A DNA stretch of 63,702 bases, the filler included, from Octopus bimaculoides (taxonomy: Eukaryota), in NCBI RefSeq assembly GCF_001194135.2. It is 5 parts of 5 records of this genome, joined end to end, with 100 filler letters (N's around TTAATTAATTAA, not from the genome) between each part and the next. Parts side by side here need not be neighbours in the genome. Positions count along the whole stretch, not along the records: positions 48,143 to 55,413 come from NC_069004.1; positions 55,514 to 62,350 come from NC_068999.1; positions 62,451 to 63,702 come from NW_026313299.1; 2 more parts are not named here. One strand, given 5' to 3'. The position numbers and the translations under genes are program-made. The notes beneath the pieces were generated by a model that saw nothing but the letters and a program-made list of their open reading frames with translations, did no database searches and was not told the DNA's origin. Below, piece after piece: positions 50,393-63,464 of the stretch (within the stretch, counting starts at the first letter, position 1; each line of letters starts with the position of its first letter).

Positions 50393-50965
50393 CAGTGGTT
50401 CTCAGCCGGGGTCCACATGATCCCTGAAGGTTCATATAAGATTTTAGGGGATTCACGCAACAAAATGATAAACTAGGGACCCACAATAGCATTTTAAGAG
50501 CCTCTGAAGAAATTTTGCTTTAGATGTATGTATTGGTATATATTGCAACAATCAGCTAGGTTTCTTTCTCTACCATTTTATGTATTTCAAACTACACAAG
50601 TGAATGTGTGAAAAACGAAATAGGAATTTTGAAAGAAATTTCTGTAAACTAGTTTATAAACATTAAACGGCTATGAGGTCGAACAAAATAAAATAGTAAT
50701 CAAAGAGGTCCATAGATAAATAATAGTTGAGAACCCCTCCTTTAGATGTATGCATGGCATGTATTGCAAGAAACGGCTAGGGTTCTTTCTCTAACATTTT
50801 ACATAATTCAACCTACAAAAGTTTAATGTGTGGAAAACAAAATAGGAATTTTGAAAGAAGTTTCTATAAAATTAGTTTTTAAATATCGAATTGCTAGGGG
50901 GGGGGGCACCAAAATAAAATAGCAATCAAAGGGGTCCGTAGGTGAAAAATGTTTGAGAACCCCTG
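50393..50965. mobile_element. hAT (Charlie-like) MITE with a duplicated right half
   Basis: TIRs cagtggttctca / tgagaacccctg; 8-bp flanks aattagta / aactagtg (6 of 8 identical); 222-bp tandem duplication 50518-50739 / 50740-50965. Confidence 0.8.
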
Positions 50966-51629
50966 AACTAGTGCATGTGTGTGTGTGTGTGTGTGATATA
51001 CATTGTTATAGCACCAGTCATTGATTATCCGAAACAGCTGTCAAATAGGAATTGGCTACATCATTTATTTGTATACGCAAATTTTGAAAATGAACTCTCC
51101 TTGGGAATATATCCTCAGCTTCTGATATAAGTGTCACATCAATCATTGCCCACAGCCTCGATATCATAACGCGATTTCAGTATTTGCGAATTGAACAAGT
51201 CCATTTTTCCATTTCTCAATGTTGCCTCCATTGTAGACTCTATTGCACCTATAAAATATGGAATTATGTGTGCGTGTATGGGTATGTATGTATGTATGTA
51301 TATACGTTTGCATATATATATATGCGCATGTGTGTGTGAGCGTTTGTGTGTGTATGTGTGTGTGTGTGTGTGTGAGCGTTTGTGTGTGTGTGTATTTATG
51401 TATGTATGTATGTACTGTGTGGTAAGGTTTCAGCAAGTGGTATAGCACTTGGTCATTTAAGAGAGTAACGATATTAAAATAAAGACCACATAATGCTTTG
51501 TGAAATACAGCCACCCAGGGTGTCCTGGTCAAAATATTAATTTAATTTGCCATTTATATTTCACGGGGCTTTTTGTGGTTTTATTATGTGCATGTATGTA
51601 TGTATGTATGTATGTATGTATGTATGTAT

Positions 51630-52705
51630 GTAGAAGACTTGAAAAATAACGAGTAGTGACTTTTCTTGAAAATAGATACAATTTGGCAGCATTGTGGTGC
51701 TATCAAGTACCGGCGAGAAAAGAGTTTGGCTTTCAATGGCATTCATGCTAACATGGTTGCTGCATTAACGCATAACATACCATCTGAATAACATACCATC
51801 TGAATGTAGGAGGAGAAAGGAAAATCTTGAAGATGATCCATCATCTGGACTACCACTGAGGAAAACATTGATCCTGTTCACCACATGGTGACGAATGACA
51901 GGCGATTGACTATAAATGATAGCCAATGTTATGAGCATATCCCGTGAGAGTGTTAAGAATATTCTGCACAATGAACTTGTCATGAGGAATGTCTCTGCTC
52001 TGTTGGTGCCATGTCTTCTGACACCTGATCAAAAATGTACCACGGTTGGCCGCAACGCTGCAAAATCTGACATTGTTTGAGGCGGATCCAACTGGTTTCC
52101 TTCAACGTTTTCTAAGCCAGGATGAATGTTGGCTACGCAACTTTGGGTCAGAGAGAAAGAGACAATCCATGCAGTGGAAACACCACTCCTCAGCTGCTCC
52201 AAAGAAGGGACATGGTCGTTTCCTCTACAGAGAAAGTGATGACCTCAGTTTCGGTGGATGCAAAGGGCATTGTTTATTGACTATCGTCAAAAGGGCCGCA
52301 CCATCAATGGAGGACACTATGCCAACTTGCTGAAGCAATTACAAAAGGCTATCAAAACCAAACGCCCAGGAAAACTGACGAAGGAGCTCTTGTTTCATCG
52401 GAACAATGCTCCAGTACACAAGTGTGACTGTGGCTTTTAACTTGTTGATCACCCTTCTCATTCTCCTGATTTGATCCCATCTAAATATCCTTTGTTCCCC
52501 AGCATGAAAAAAACACTTGGCTGGGAACCAGTATCGCATTGATGATGACGTCATGTCTGTTGCTACTAGTTACTTTTGAAGTCTTTGAACTGTGGGACGC
52601 CAGTTAACCAGGAAAGAAACAATGCACTCATTAATGCATGCAAGATTCCATAGCTCTAGCATCACTCCTTCAAAGTCAGCCCCTGGACATTTCAACCGAC
52701 CCTCG
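51630..52705 (+). mobile_element. Mariner transposon, degraded
   Basis: FLQRFLSQDECW..RQSMQWKH..APKK; IDYRQKGRTING..KRPGKL..LFHRNNAPVH; HPSHSPDLIPS; 3' end ..ttcaaccgaccctcg|TA. Confidence 0.9.
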
Positions 52706-52927
52706 TATGTCCGGTCGATCTGATGGTTCACCCTGTTATTACTCCGAGGGCTTCAGTTGTGATGAAGAATCTATTTATTGCGCGAACGAACGCAGTGAGG
52801 TGACGGTGTGATTGATTCTTCAGCTTTCATCGAACACATCAACTCTACTGCACGCATTGAGTACCTAATGATTTATTTATCTATCGATCTATCTACCAAT
52901 CTCTCTTTTTCTCTCTCCATATATATG

Positions 52928-52980
<53 letters not shown>

Positions 52981-53021
52981 GTGTATGTATGTATATATAT
53001 CGAGGTCTCATTCTTTTGTTG

Positions 53022-53131
<110 letters not shown>

Positions 53132-53289
53132 CATATATGTCCAAATATATGGACATATATATACATTTACACACACCTATACATACATAAATGTATACAT
53201 GTATATACATTTACATGTATGTGCAATGCCTTGGAGACACACTTCGTGGAAAAACTAGCACACAGTCTGCAGTGAATGGTTCAATATAA

Positions 53290-53357
53290 TTATTACGACT
53301 AATCTTATCTAATTACGACTAATCTTATTTAATTACGACTTGTCTTATCGAATTATG
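53290..53357. repeat. 20-bp tandem repeat, about 3.3 copies (attacgactaatcttatcta)
   Basis: Direct. Confidence 0.85.
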
Positions 53358-53427
53358 AAACACAGTAAAACACTTGGCCTTGCTTCTCCGAGAAAATCGA
53401 AACAGTTAAGAAGGAGCGATATTCTGG

Positions 53428-53468
<41 letters not shown>

Positions 53469-53707
53469 NNNNNNNNNNNNNNNNNNNNNNNNNNNNNNNN
53501 NNNNNNNNNNNNNNNNNNNNNNNNNNNNNNNNNNNNNNNNNNNNNNNNNNNNNNNNNNNNNNNNNNNNNNNNNNNNNNNNNNNNNNNNNNNNNNNNNNNN
53601 NNNNNNNNNNNNNNNNNNNNNNNNNNNNNNNNNNNNNNNNNNNNNNNNNNNNNNNNNNNNNNNNNNNNNNNNNNNNNNNNNNNNNNNNNNNNNNNNNNNN
53701 NNNNNNN

Positions 53708-53754
<47 letters not shown>

Positions 53755-53883
53755 TTCTTTATCCCGCTGTCGATTTCTGCCTTCTTCCTTTGGACATGTT
53801 AGCTTATTCTACAGACACATCACAAATATACATACTTAGTACATATGTGTGAGAGCTTGCATGTGAGAATATAGATGTATGGT

Positions 53884-54203
53884 GAAGGCACGTGGCATAT
53901 TGGTTAGGATATTCGGCTCACGATAGCAAGGTCCTGAGTTTGATACCCGGCGGCGTGTTGTGTCCTTGAGCAAGACACTTCATTTCACGTTCCTCCAGTT
54001 CATTCAACTGGCGAAAATGTGTAGTGCCTGTAACTCAAAGGGGCCAGCTTTGTCGCATTCTGTGTCACGCTGAATCTCCTTGACAACTACGTTAGTGGTC
54101 TGTGTGTCTGTGAATTGCTCAGTCACTTCCACGTTAATTTCGTGAGAAGACTGTTCTGCTGATCGGATCAATTGAACCACTCGTCGAAACCGACGGAGTG
54201 CCA
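53884..54203 (+). mobile_element. Chimeric SINE: D-type head and core with a C-type 3' tail
   Basis: gtgtccttgagcaagacacttcatttcacg (D) joined to cctgtaactcaaagggccagc..accgacggagtgcc (C). Confidence 0.8.
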
Positions 54204-54219
54204 GTTATAGAGATAGATA

Positions 54220-55190
54220 CAGGGGTTGAACAAAATAATGGAAGCACCTTGTTAATTGGAAGTTTTATTAATGAATGCGGAGTTGGTCAACCTCTGGCAT
54301 CCGTCACAGGTTTAATGCATCGAGAAATTGACTCATACAGGTCCTGAACGTTTGTTAGGCGAATGGAATTTTGAGTCATTCTTCAAGTAGAACCTGCCGG
54401 AGTTCTTTCAGGGCAGCAACGATGGCGAAGGGAAGCGACTACTCGCTTTCTGCTCCAAAATGCACCGTAATAGTTCGATTATACTGAGATGGGATTATTG
54501 GGGAGGGTGACGTGGAGTGGGGTGATATGGGTAGGGTGAGGTGAGATGGGGAGGGTGAAGTGGGGTGGGTTGGTGATTTGAGGTGAGATGGGATGGTTGT
54601 GTGGGTGGTGTTTTGTTGCAATCGAAGTGGCCTACTTCACTTTTGTGTACTTGGTGCGAATTTTAAATAACATTAGCCGTGTGAATCGGCCCATTATCGC
54701 CCCTAGAAGATTTCGTTGTCATTTGAGAACGGTGTTTTGCACCATAGGAAGGACACGATAAACCAAGATGCTCAGACAATGCTTGACGTTCACTCTGCTG
54801 TGTAGAACAAACTAAAGGACCGAAAGAACTCTGTGATATGACTGCGCACATGACTATAAGGCCATCTCCACGGGCCAAAGTCAAGGTTGAAGGCTTGTTT
54901 GGGTTGTCCTTAGACACAAACTCGCAAAGCCACAACGTAGGCTAAAGGTACATGGTAATTCATCAGAAATGACAAGGATCCATTGAGGTATTAACCAGTT
55001 CTTAGAGCCTAGAAACTATTTTTCCGCACTCATCAATGTTGATGGAGTCCAGGTGAGATTTAGTAATTACAGACCATTTGGTGTATCTAGTTTTATGGAT
55101 CTCATGAGGGTTGCATAACTAGTTTTCAGACGATATGGGAGTATTTAAAGAAGATTTAGACTCATTTTTTTAAACAGGTGAAGCAATTGC
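54220..55190 (-). mobile_element. Tc1-like transposon 3' half, degraded
   Basis: GDGLIVMCAVISQSSFGPLV..DNGPIHTA; ..LRQVLLEE*LKIP..VQDLYESI; TA|caggggttgaacaaaataatgga TIR; purine-rich insert at about 54490-54610. Confidence 0.75.
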
Positions 55191-55413
55191 GTGGAGGCTT
55201 CTTTCACTTGCGTTGATGTTGATGACAGTGTTGGTATAGGTTTTGGTTTTTGTTTACTTTTTGTACTATCGCTTCTGCTAAGATGTTGGAGATGTTGTTT
55301 CATGTGGTGGTTGCGGGGTTGGTGGTCGTCGTCATCGTGCTGGTGCTGGTGGCGGTACTGGTAGTGATGCTGGTAACGATGTTGTTGTTGTTGTTGTTGT
55401 TGTTGGTGGTGGT

Positions 55414-55513
55414 NNNNNNNNNNNNNNNNNNNNNNNNNNNNNNNNNNNNNNNNNNNNTTAATTAATTAANNNNNNNNNNNNNNNNNNNNNNNNNNNNNNN
55501 NNNNNNNNNNNNN
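55414..55513. other. Assembly spacer N44-TTAATTAATTAA-N44
   Basis: Direct. Confidence 0.9.
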
Positions 55514-56027
55514 AAAACGGAAGAAATTTAGGAAAAAGATAGGGGGTGGAGGACGGAAATGTCACCCTGGACATGTTAGAAAGAAGAGATAAAGGACAGG
55601 ATTTCTGGGAAAACTTCCTTTTAAGTTTATATCTAAGATCAAGTTTTTAAATATGCTCATCATAAACACAAATTACACAACAGAAAGAGGTCATTTCAAT
55701 TGGATTGGAGCTGTAAATTTGCGCGTGCACACTTCAAGAAATAACATAATTCGCAGAGAAGTTTTACCTAGAGTGTGTGTATGTGTGTCAAAGGAAGTTA
55801 TTTTATGGCATTCTTTCGTTTGGAGAAGCAAAATTCTCAACTCGACATATATGGGATCATATGATTGTTTGTTAATTTCTGTAAAATTGTTTTAACTTCT
55901 GTATGCTTTGAAGAGAGCAGAAATTGAAAGAGATGATAAAGTGAAAAGGCGACATTTACTTTGGAGTGAGAGGAGAAAGTAAAAGAGAGGAGAAAGTGTA
56001 AGATGTACGTGTATATGAAATGGACGT

Positions 56028-56099
<72 letters not shown>

Positions 56100-56360
56100 G
56101 AATGAGTGAGCGAAGGTGTGTGTTGTGATGTATGAATTTTTTGCATGTATGTGTAAGTGACACTCACTCTCTCTCTCTCTCCCTCACACACACACACGCA
56201 CACACACACACACACATCTTTCATACACACGTATATAGCGGAGGTAAAGAATACGCACACCACCCGTTTTCGGCGTAATCCTAACCCTAAACACCGAAAG
56301 TTCGTATTCTTTACATTCTTTACCTTCACCCATAAATACATAGGCATACATCTTTTGTAC

Positions 56361-56429
<69 letters not shown>

Positions 56430-58394
56430 TGTGTGTGTGTAACTGTATTTCCTCATAACATAGAAAAATGGTTGTCCTTAAATGCAATTTGTTCTGGGTT
56501 GTGGCTTATTTTAATACAATATTGATGTGTACATTTTCATAAATGCTTGTCTGAGTAGAATTCTACGCATGCGTGAAACATCGGATGAAAGTGAAACATT
56601 AGAAGCAAATCGAAATATTGTCCGAATATGACCTGGAAATTGTAGTTGCTACGAGGTTATTTTAGCTGTAAAAAAGAGTTGTTGAGTCAAAAACAGTTTA
56701 TTTGGTAGATAAATAACAGGCAGCTTTCTTTATTGTAATACAGATGTGACTAATTCGGAGAAACATTACTTTCTTTATTCACACATCGTCAGTCTCGTAA
56801 TGCAATACTTTGTAATTTTGGTTCAAATTGAAAGTGTGAAACTATTTTCATTTTCTAATGAATCCTGGTCGTTGTAGAGAAGTGTATTTGAAATAACTAT
56901 AGCTGGTTGTTGATATGAAAATATTTTATTTGACATGTGTAATTGATTTGATTGTTCTGGTCATCAGTTGATAAGAATAGAAGTCATTTGACGACACCTT
57001 TTTGTTTGTAATTGGCTAACCTGTTGCAGGTTCAATCCGTGGAATATTGAAATGATACCCATCTTGTCCATTCCACAGAATAGAGAGCGTGATAACGGGG
57101 ATGAGTCTGTGAAACACGTTTAAGATTGTTATCTGGAACACGAATGAGAATGTCATGATTTTCATGGGGATCACCAGCCATAAAGATGACTACTTCATTA
57201 GATTAGAGCTCATTAAAACAGCCTAAAATGTTCTTGTTCTTTACTAAAGTTTACTATAGACGTAAGGAACGCAGAAACACTCATAGAATTGATAATATTG
57301 AAAACAGCAAATGTACACATACGAAGTTCAAGCGAAGCGAAATGTCAATATAAGTGCAAAACATACTTTCTGTATCAAAGTTATGCTATAAAAAAAATGG
57401 AAATTCACCAATTTAGCAAAAGTTACTATGCGTCACCAATGTAACAAAGTACAGAAAGACGACATTTATTTGGAACATGCACTAAGTGTTATAAAATTCA
57501 CGATTGAGTATCACGGTGAAGAAAGTGAAAGTCCAAGAAAATTCAGAAAGCATAATTCAATTTTTCATGCAAAAATAATTTATTTTACAATTTTGAAACG
57601 TACACTTAATCAAGTGTATAGAAAGGAAGATTCTGTTGTTGTAACGTTAATTTAAAATATTTGCTGAAGGATGTATGTAGCAAGATATAAATTAATTTGA
57701 CATTACTACACATTTTTAAACTGTGTAACGTTATTGACAGTAGAATAAATAGTGACTAACGCAGTAAAAAGGTTGTGCAACGTTGATGTTCACAGTGATG
57801 AAAAATACAAGGATTGTTAAAAAAACATTATCCTGAAACTGGTTAGAAGGAGTGGAATAACATTTCTGCGATTATATTGAAAGAGCCGCCGAGGCTTTCT
57901 ACTTCACCAAGTTTCCGAATTTGTTATAATAACTAGAATAACATTTTTTTTCCAGGTATATTTGCGAGTATTGTGAGAAGTGTTAAATCAGCCAAATCTT
58001 CATGTTGATAGTACTTCAAAGTCCAAGCCGCAACTAAACTTACAATATCGCCGCGTTTCACTGTTGGGCGGGAGAAAGTTACAAACATAAACTAAGACAC
58101 ACACACACACATACATTAACGCACACCTGAAGCCTATCTCTGTCCTTGTGCGTGTCGGTCGTCACAAAACTGTATGTATACTGACAGACACATACATCGT
58201 CAAACATATACTTGTCAGTCATCGGCCAAACGTAGGTAACGAATGCGCGAACATACTCATATAGGAAATGTGGCATCATTGTCGTTGTGGTGGTGATCTA
58301 AAAGAAAAATGAGAAATGCTAAATTTTTGTAATGCAAATATGTGAATGAAAATATAGTTTAGCTGGTAGCCAAAAGCCTACTGAATAGTTTGAT

Positions 58395-58678
58395 ATTCCA
58401 TACGTCAGACTACCATTTGTTTCGTAATTTACAGAAACATTTTGGGGGACATAACTTTCGCAAGCCAGGAGGAGGTCGAGACTGACATTTCAGATTTCTT
58501 CGCTTCGAAACCAAAAGAGTTTTACATTGATGGGATTAAACATCTTGTAAATAGATGGAAAGAAGTCATAGATAATCAGGGAAAGTACATTGAATCATTA
58601 AATTTCAATTAAATATAACATTTAATTACTTGTTTTCTTTATTCGAAATTCGGACAGAACTTATGGGATGACCTGATA
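58395..58678 (+). mobile_element. Mariner 3' end with TIR
   Basis: SDYHLFRNLQKHFGG / QEEVETDISDFFASKPKEFYIDGIKHLVNRWKEVIDNQGKYIE*; ends cggacagaacttatgggatgacctgata. Confidence 0.9.
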
Positions 58679-59016
58679 TGTATGTATGTATGTATGTATG
58701 TATGTGTATGTGTGTGTGTTTATATATATGTATATATTTACATATATATATTTATATGTATGTACATATGTGTACCTATCTATCTGTCTATCTCTACATA
58801 CACACATGCACACACACATGCATGCATGCATACATACATACATAGATACATACATACATACATACATACATACATAATATACACACATTTATATATGTAT
58901 ATNNNNNNNNNNNNNNNNNNNNNNNNNNNNNNNNNNNNNNNNNNNNNNNNNNNNNNNNNNNNNNNNNNNNNNNNNNNNNNNNNNNNNNNNNTATATATAT
59001 ATATATATATATATAT

Positions 59017-59290
59017 GCAGCTAGTTCTACGTGTAGCATTATTGCTAGCATTAAGCTGGTTATACTGGATCTTCTCAGAGAATCCACTGTTCCTTAATGC
59101 ACTATTGTAATAAGGTGTGGCATTTTGAAATGCTGCCTCATCCGAAGAAGTTGACGATATTCGTCTACCTACATTACTGACTAAGTTCCTAAGAATAACT
59201 GGCGGATGATTGGATTCTTTGCTTATATAAGATAGCTTATCATTAGGCTTACGGTAAGGTTTGAATTTATCCGACTGTAAATCCAAATTT
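59017..59290 (-). mobile_element. Penelope-like RT C-terminal fragment (second PLE family)
   Basis: DLQSDKFKPYRKPNDKLSYISKESNHPPVILRNLVSNVGRRISSTSSDEAAFQNATPYYNSALRNSGF, stop-free; the SNHP motif is typical of the PLE RT thumb. Confidence 0.85.
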
Positions 59291-60239
59291 ACATCTAAAA
59301 AAATCTACACTTTTCAGGTGTCTATCGTAACCCGTAAGCCCATCCTTTGGAAGAAAGCAATAAGATCCTTCCTTTTCTTTTTCTTTCCCCCACTCTGCGT
59401 TTTAAAATTTATCTTCTCGTCTATATGTATACACCAAGTGATTTTTGCATGCGAGCATGATTGCGTACATATGTATACATGTGTATATGTGTATTTGTGT
59501 GTATATTTATGTCTTACATATATATGTCTGTATATGTATGTAGTCTGTGTGCATCCATCCGTATATTTTGATGTATATATGTATATTGAAGGTTTAGTAT
59601 GCGTAGATACTGTTGTAAAATATTTATGTAATGCAGCGTGGAAATTTTAATTTTAATTTTAATTTTTAATGTATTAATTGAATTATATTTCGTATATAAT
59701 TAACTGCAATATGTATTTTGAATCCGTTCTTCAATTTAAGGTTTTCCTCGATTTTTATAATAGGATGAATTTATAGTGAATTCATTTATTTTGTTTATTT
59801 TGTTCATTGCATGCTTAAGACTGTTAATTGAAAGGACCAATGAAACAAATACATTTTTAAAGGCGTATCCTTTAACTAGTTATGATCATATCGTTATTTC
59901 TGTTCTATTTTAACAAAACTGTCCGACGAACGGGATCGTTATTTATCTTTATCAGCACAGAATAACTGCTCGGCTAGTGATGGCACCACTAAATTCTTGT
60001 TCGAAATATATACTTTTCAAAGTGGCACAGAGATTTAGAATTATAATTGTTTACTATTTATTAGATCAGTGTCCTATCCAGGACTACCACATTATGTTGA
60101 CAAATAATCTTTACTCTGGAGTATTGTTACTGAATGTCTCTTGTTCAGAGATTTAGAAATAATATATATATATAATACAAAGAATAGATATGTATATATA
60201 CACACATATATGTACATACTTACATCTACATGTGTATAC

Positions 60240-60512
60240 AGATGCATATCAGGGTACAGGGCGTTAGAACAATAAACTACAGACAACGGAACGAACACAT
60301 AGGAAAACAGATAGCCACTTGGAATTAATCCTTCGTCAGCTGCCTCTATTCTAACTAGACGTTTCGAAGATAAGGCAGAATGTACTCTAGAATAGTCTCT
60401 TCCTGAGTAGTGGATCAACCCACTAAACAGAGGATTCCAAAGTGGCAAACATAAACCAAGACAGGAAAAATTGGACAGTGAAAACAACATTAAAAAACCG
60501 TAGGGCCAAACG
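60240..60512 (-). mobile_element. PLE-terminal-repeat-like sequence with two degenerate hammerhead-like motifs
   Basis: Reverse complement: acta-CTCAGGA-AGAG..CTTC-GAAA-CG-TC-tagt, then CTGACGA-A-GGAttaatTCC; pyrimidine-rich tail to (TA)n. Confidence 0.5.
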
Positions 60513-61257
60513 NNNNNNNNNNNNNNNNNNNNNNNNNNNNNNNNNNNNNNNNNNNNNNNNNNNNNNNNNNNNNNNNNNNNNNNNNNNNNNNNNNNNNNNN
60601 NNNNNNNNNNNNNNNNNNNNNNNNNNNNNNNNNNNNNNNNNNNNNNNNNNNNNNNNNNNNNNNNNNNNNNNNNNNNNNNNNNNNNNNNNNNNNNNNNNNN
60701 NNNNNNNNNNNNNNNNNNNNNNNNNNNNNNNNNNNNNNNNNNNNNNNNNNNNNNNNNNNNNNNNNNNNNNNNNNNNNNNNNNNNNNNNNNNNNNNNNNNN
60801 NNNNNNNNNNNNNNNNNNNNNNNNNNNNNNNNNNNNNNNNNNNNNNNNNNNNNNNNNNNNNNNNNNNNNNNNNNNNNNNNNNNNNNNNNNNNNNNNNNNN
60901 NNNNNNNNNNNNNNNNNNNNNNNNNNNNNNNNNNNNNNNNNNNNNNNNNNNNNNNNNNNNNNNNNNNNNNNNNNNNNNNNNNNNNNNNNNNNNNNNNNNN
61001 NNNNNNNNNNNNNNNNNNNNNNNNNNNNNNNNNNNNNNNNNNNNNNNNNNNNNNNNNNNNNNNNNNNNNNNNNNNNNNNNNNNNNNNNNNNNNNNNNNNN
61101 NNNNNNNNNNNNNNNNNNNNNNNNNNNNNNNNNNNNNNNNNNNNNNNNNNNNNNNNNNNNNNNNNNNNNNNNNNNNNNNNNNNNNNNNNNNNNNNNNNNN
61201 NNNNNNNNNNAGTCAAAGAACTACTGATTCTAAACTACAAATTTTTTATATATATAG

Positions 61258-61295
<38 letters not shown>

Positions 61296-62176
61296 AATAA
61301 AATGAGACAACACGCCCAAGGGTGTGTGGGATTTTCAGAACATTTATAAAGAGAAAGTTAGTCTTACACCTATTTCTGGGATGTTAGGGATATCCCTTCA
61401 TCAGAGACGATGCGAGATGGTTAAACAGAGGGAAATAGTGGAGTTCAATGTAAGGAGTTATTTCGGAAAAAGATGGAAATAAAAAGCATAAGAGAATAAA
61501 AGTAAAAATAAAAATACATGTAGGATGTTATAGTTGCCGTTCCATTATCCGAGAAAATGGTGTGTAGAGGAGGTAGAAATGCTTCTTGTCCATGGTATGT
61601 AAATTCCGATAGGTATGTAAATGAAAAGTATGGAGACGTAGATTCCATGTGCTGTTCATTCAAAGGGGTCTTTTGGTGTGAATGAAATTTTGATAACGCA
61701 GAGGTAGTATTAAGTAGATAGAGCGGAGAGAAAAGATGTTTATGTTAAAATGAGGAGAATGGTCAAAAGGAGTAGGTGGGGAAAGCAGAAAGAAAGAAAA
61801 AAGAAAGAAGAGATAATGAAAAAAGGAGTGTTAGTTGGTGATCAAGATATTATGAGGGAATGGGAGAGGAGTAGGGAGGGATAGGAATAGATAAGAATGT
61901 AAGGAATGAATGTATGAAGAGTGGGAATGGTGATATGTTTGAAAGGTACTAAGGTGGAGGGATGGCGACAGAAAATGGTACAGTGATGGAGTTTACTAAA
62001 TCCCCATTACATTCAAAAAGGATGGGAAGAATAATGTGATATGTGGTCAAGTTTCTAAAAATAGACGGTGTTTATTGTACTGGCTAATGTGATAGTGGGG
62101 CTGAGGAATCAGAGAAAGAAAGAAATAGAGAGAGAGAGAGATGGGAGAGGGAGAGAGATTGAGAGAAAGAGAGAGG

Positions 62177-62213
<37 letters not shown>

Positions 62214-62350
62214 AGAGAGAAAGAATTGTATATCGAAATACGCACACGCGCACACGCATGCATATGCGTGTGTATATGCACAAATATATAGGCCCGCGTT
62301 CTTATGTACTGAAACTCATACGCATATATGCATATATATATATATATATA

Positions 62351-62450
62351 NNNNNNNNNNNNNNNNNNNNNNNNNNNNNNNNNNNNNNNNNNNNTTAATT
62401 AATTAANNNNNNNNNNNNNNNNNNNNNNNNNNNNNNNNNNNNNNNNNNNN
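62351..62450. other. Assembly spacer N44-TTAATTAATTAA-N44
   Basis: Direct. Confidence 0.9.
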
Positions 62451-62784
62451 CAGCATGGCCACAGCTCATGAGCTGAAACTAGATAAAATGAAAATGAATG
62501 AAATAATAAATAAAAGTAATAAAATATAATACTAATAATAAATGTAAGAACAACGATAATGGTAACAATAATAATAATGTTAACAATCATAATAGTTTCA
62601 AATTCTGGTACGAAGGCAGTAATTTTAACGTAGTGAGTAGTAATTTTTAAGGTAGTGGAGTCCATAATTCAACTTTTATTTATTTTCCAGATACTGAAAC
62701 GATGCAAGGCAAGGTCGACCTCGGCGGTATTCGAACCAAGATCGTAAATAATAATAATAATAATGATAATAATAATAATAATAA

Positions 62785-63040
62785 TAATTAATTCGTTTTA
62801 TTGGCCACAAGGGCTAATATCGATAAAAAAACATGTAAGGACAAAGGTTACAAAAGGTTTTGTCCGAAAAAGTAGAAAAACGTTCGTGTAAACAGAGGAA
62901 GAAAACGGAGAAAGATATAACAAACAAATAAATAAATAAATAAATAAATAGAACTCCCAAAAGGGGGAGGCGCTTCGAAAAAGAAAAGGTTATACGTGGA
63001 TAAACCCATAAAACCACGGAAGCCTGGTCAGAAAAAGTAA
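62785..63040 (-). mobile_element. L1/Tx1-like LINE 3' UTR
   Basis: Reverse complement ..ccttttgggagt..tgtttacacga..tagcccttgtggccaataaaacgaatt parallels 38985-39150; flanked by TAA arrays. Confidence 0.65.
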
Positions 63041-63061
63041 GAAAGGGGTATAATAATAATA

Positions 63062-63260
63062 ATCCTTTCTACTCTAGGCACAAGGCCTAAAATTTGTGGG
63101 GGAGGGAACTAATCGATTACATCGATCCAGTGTTTTACTGGTACTTAATTTATCGACCCCGAAAGGATGAAAGGCAAAGTCGACCTCGGCGGAATTTGAA
63201 ATCAGAACTTAGCGTCAGGCGAAATACCGCTAAGGATTTCGTCCAGCGTGCTAACTGTAT
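63062..63260 (-). mobile_element. SINE-B, full length
   Basis: atcctttctactctaggcacaaggcc..aaagtcgacctcggcggaatttgaa..gctaac. Confidence 0.9.
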
Positions 63261-63464
63261 CCGTGTGGTCGATCTGGCGAATACCCAAGTAGTAAATACT
63301 TATTGAGTAGAAATGTTTTGTAAGGTAACGGTACAGATAGAAGTATGCACTAATTTACTTTTGTTTGTAATAGCGAAGTTTATGGAAGCTAGATATACAC
63401 ACGAAATGGAATAATTCCTTAACGCATTTTTATCGTGACACATTTGAAAGATAAAAGGGAAATA

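Noticed and set aside
53290-53357. CRISPR-like array
   Set aside because: Contiguous 20-bp tandem units without spacers, in a eukaryotic context
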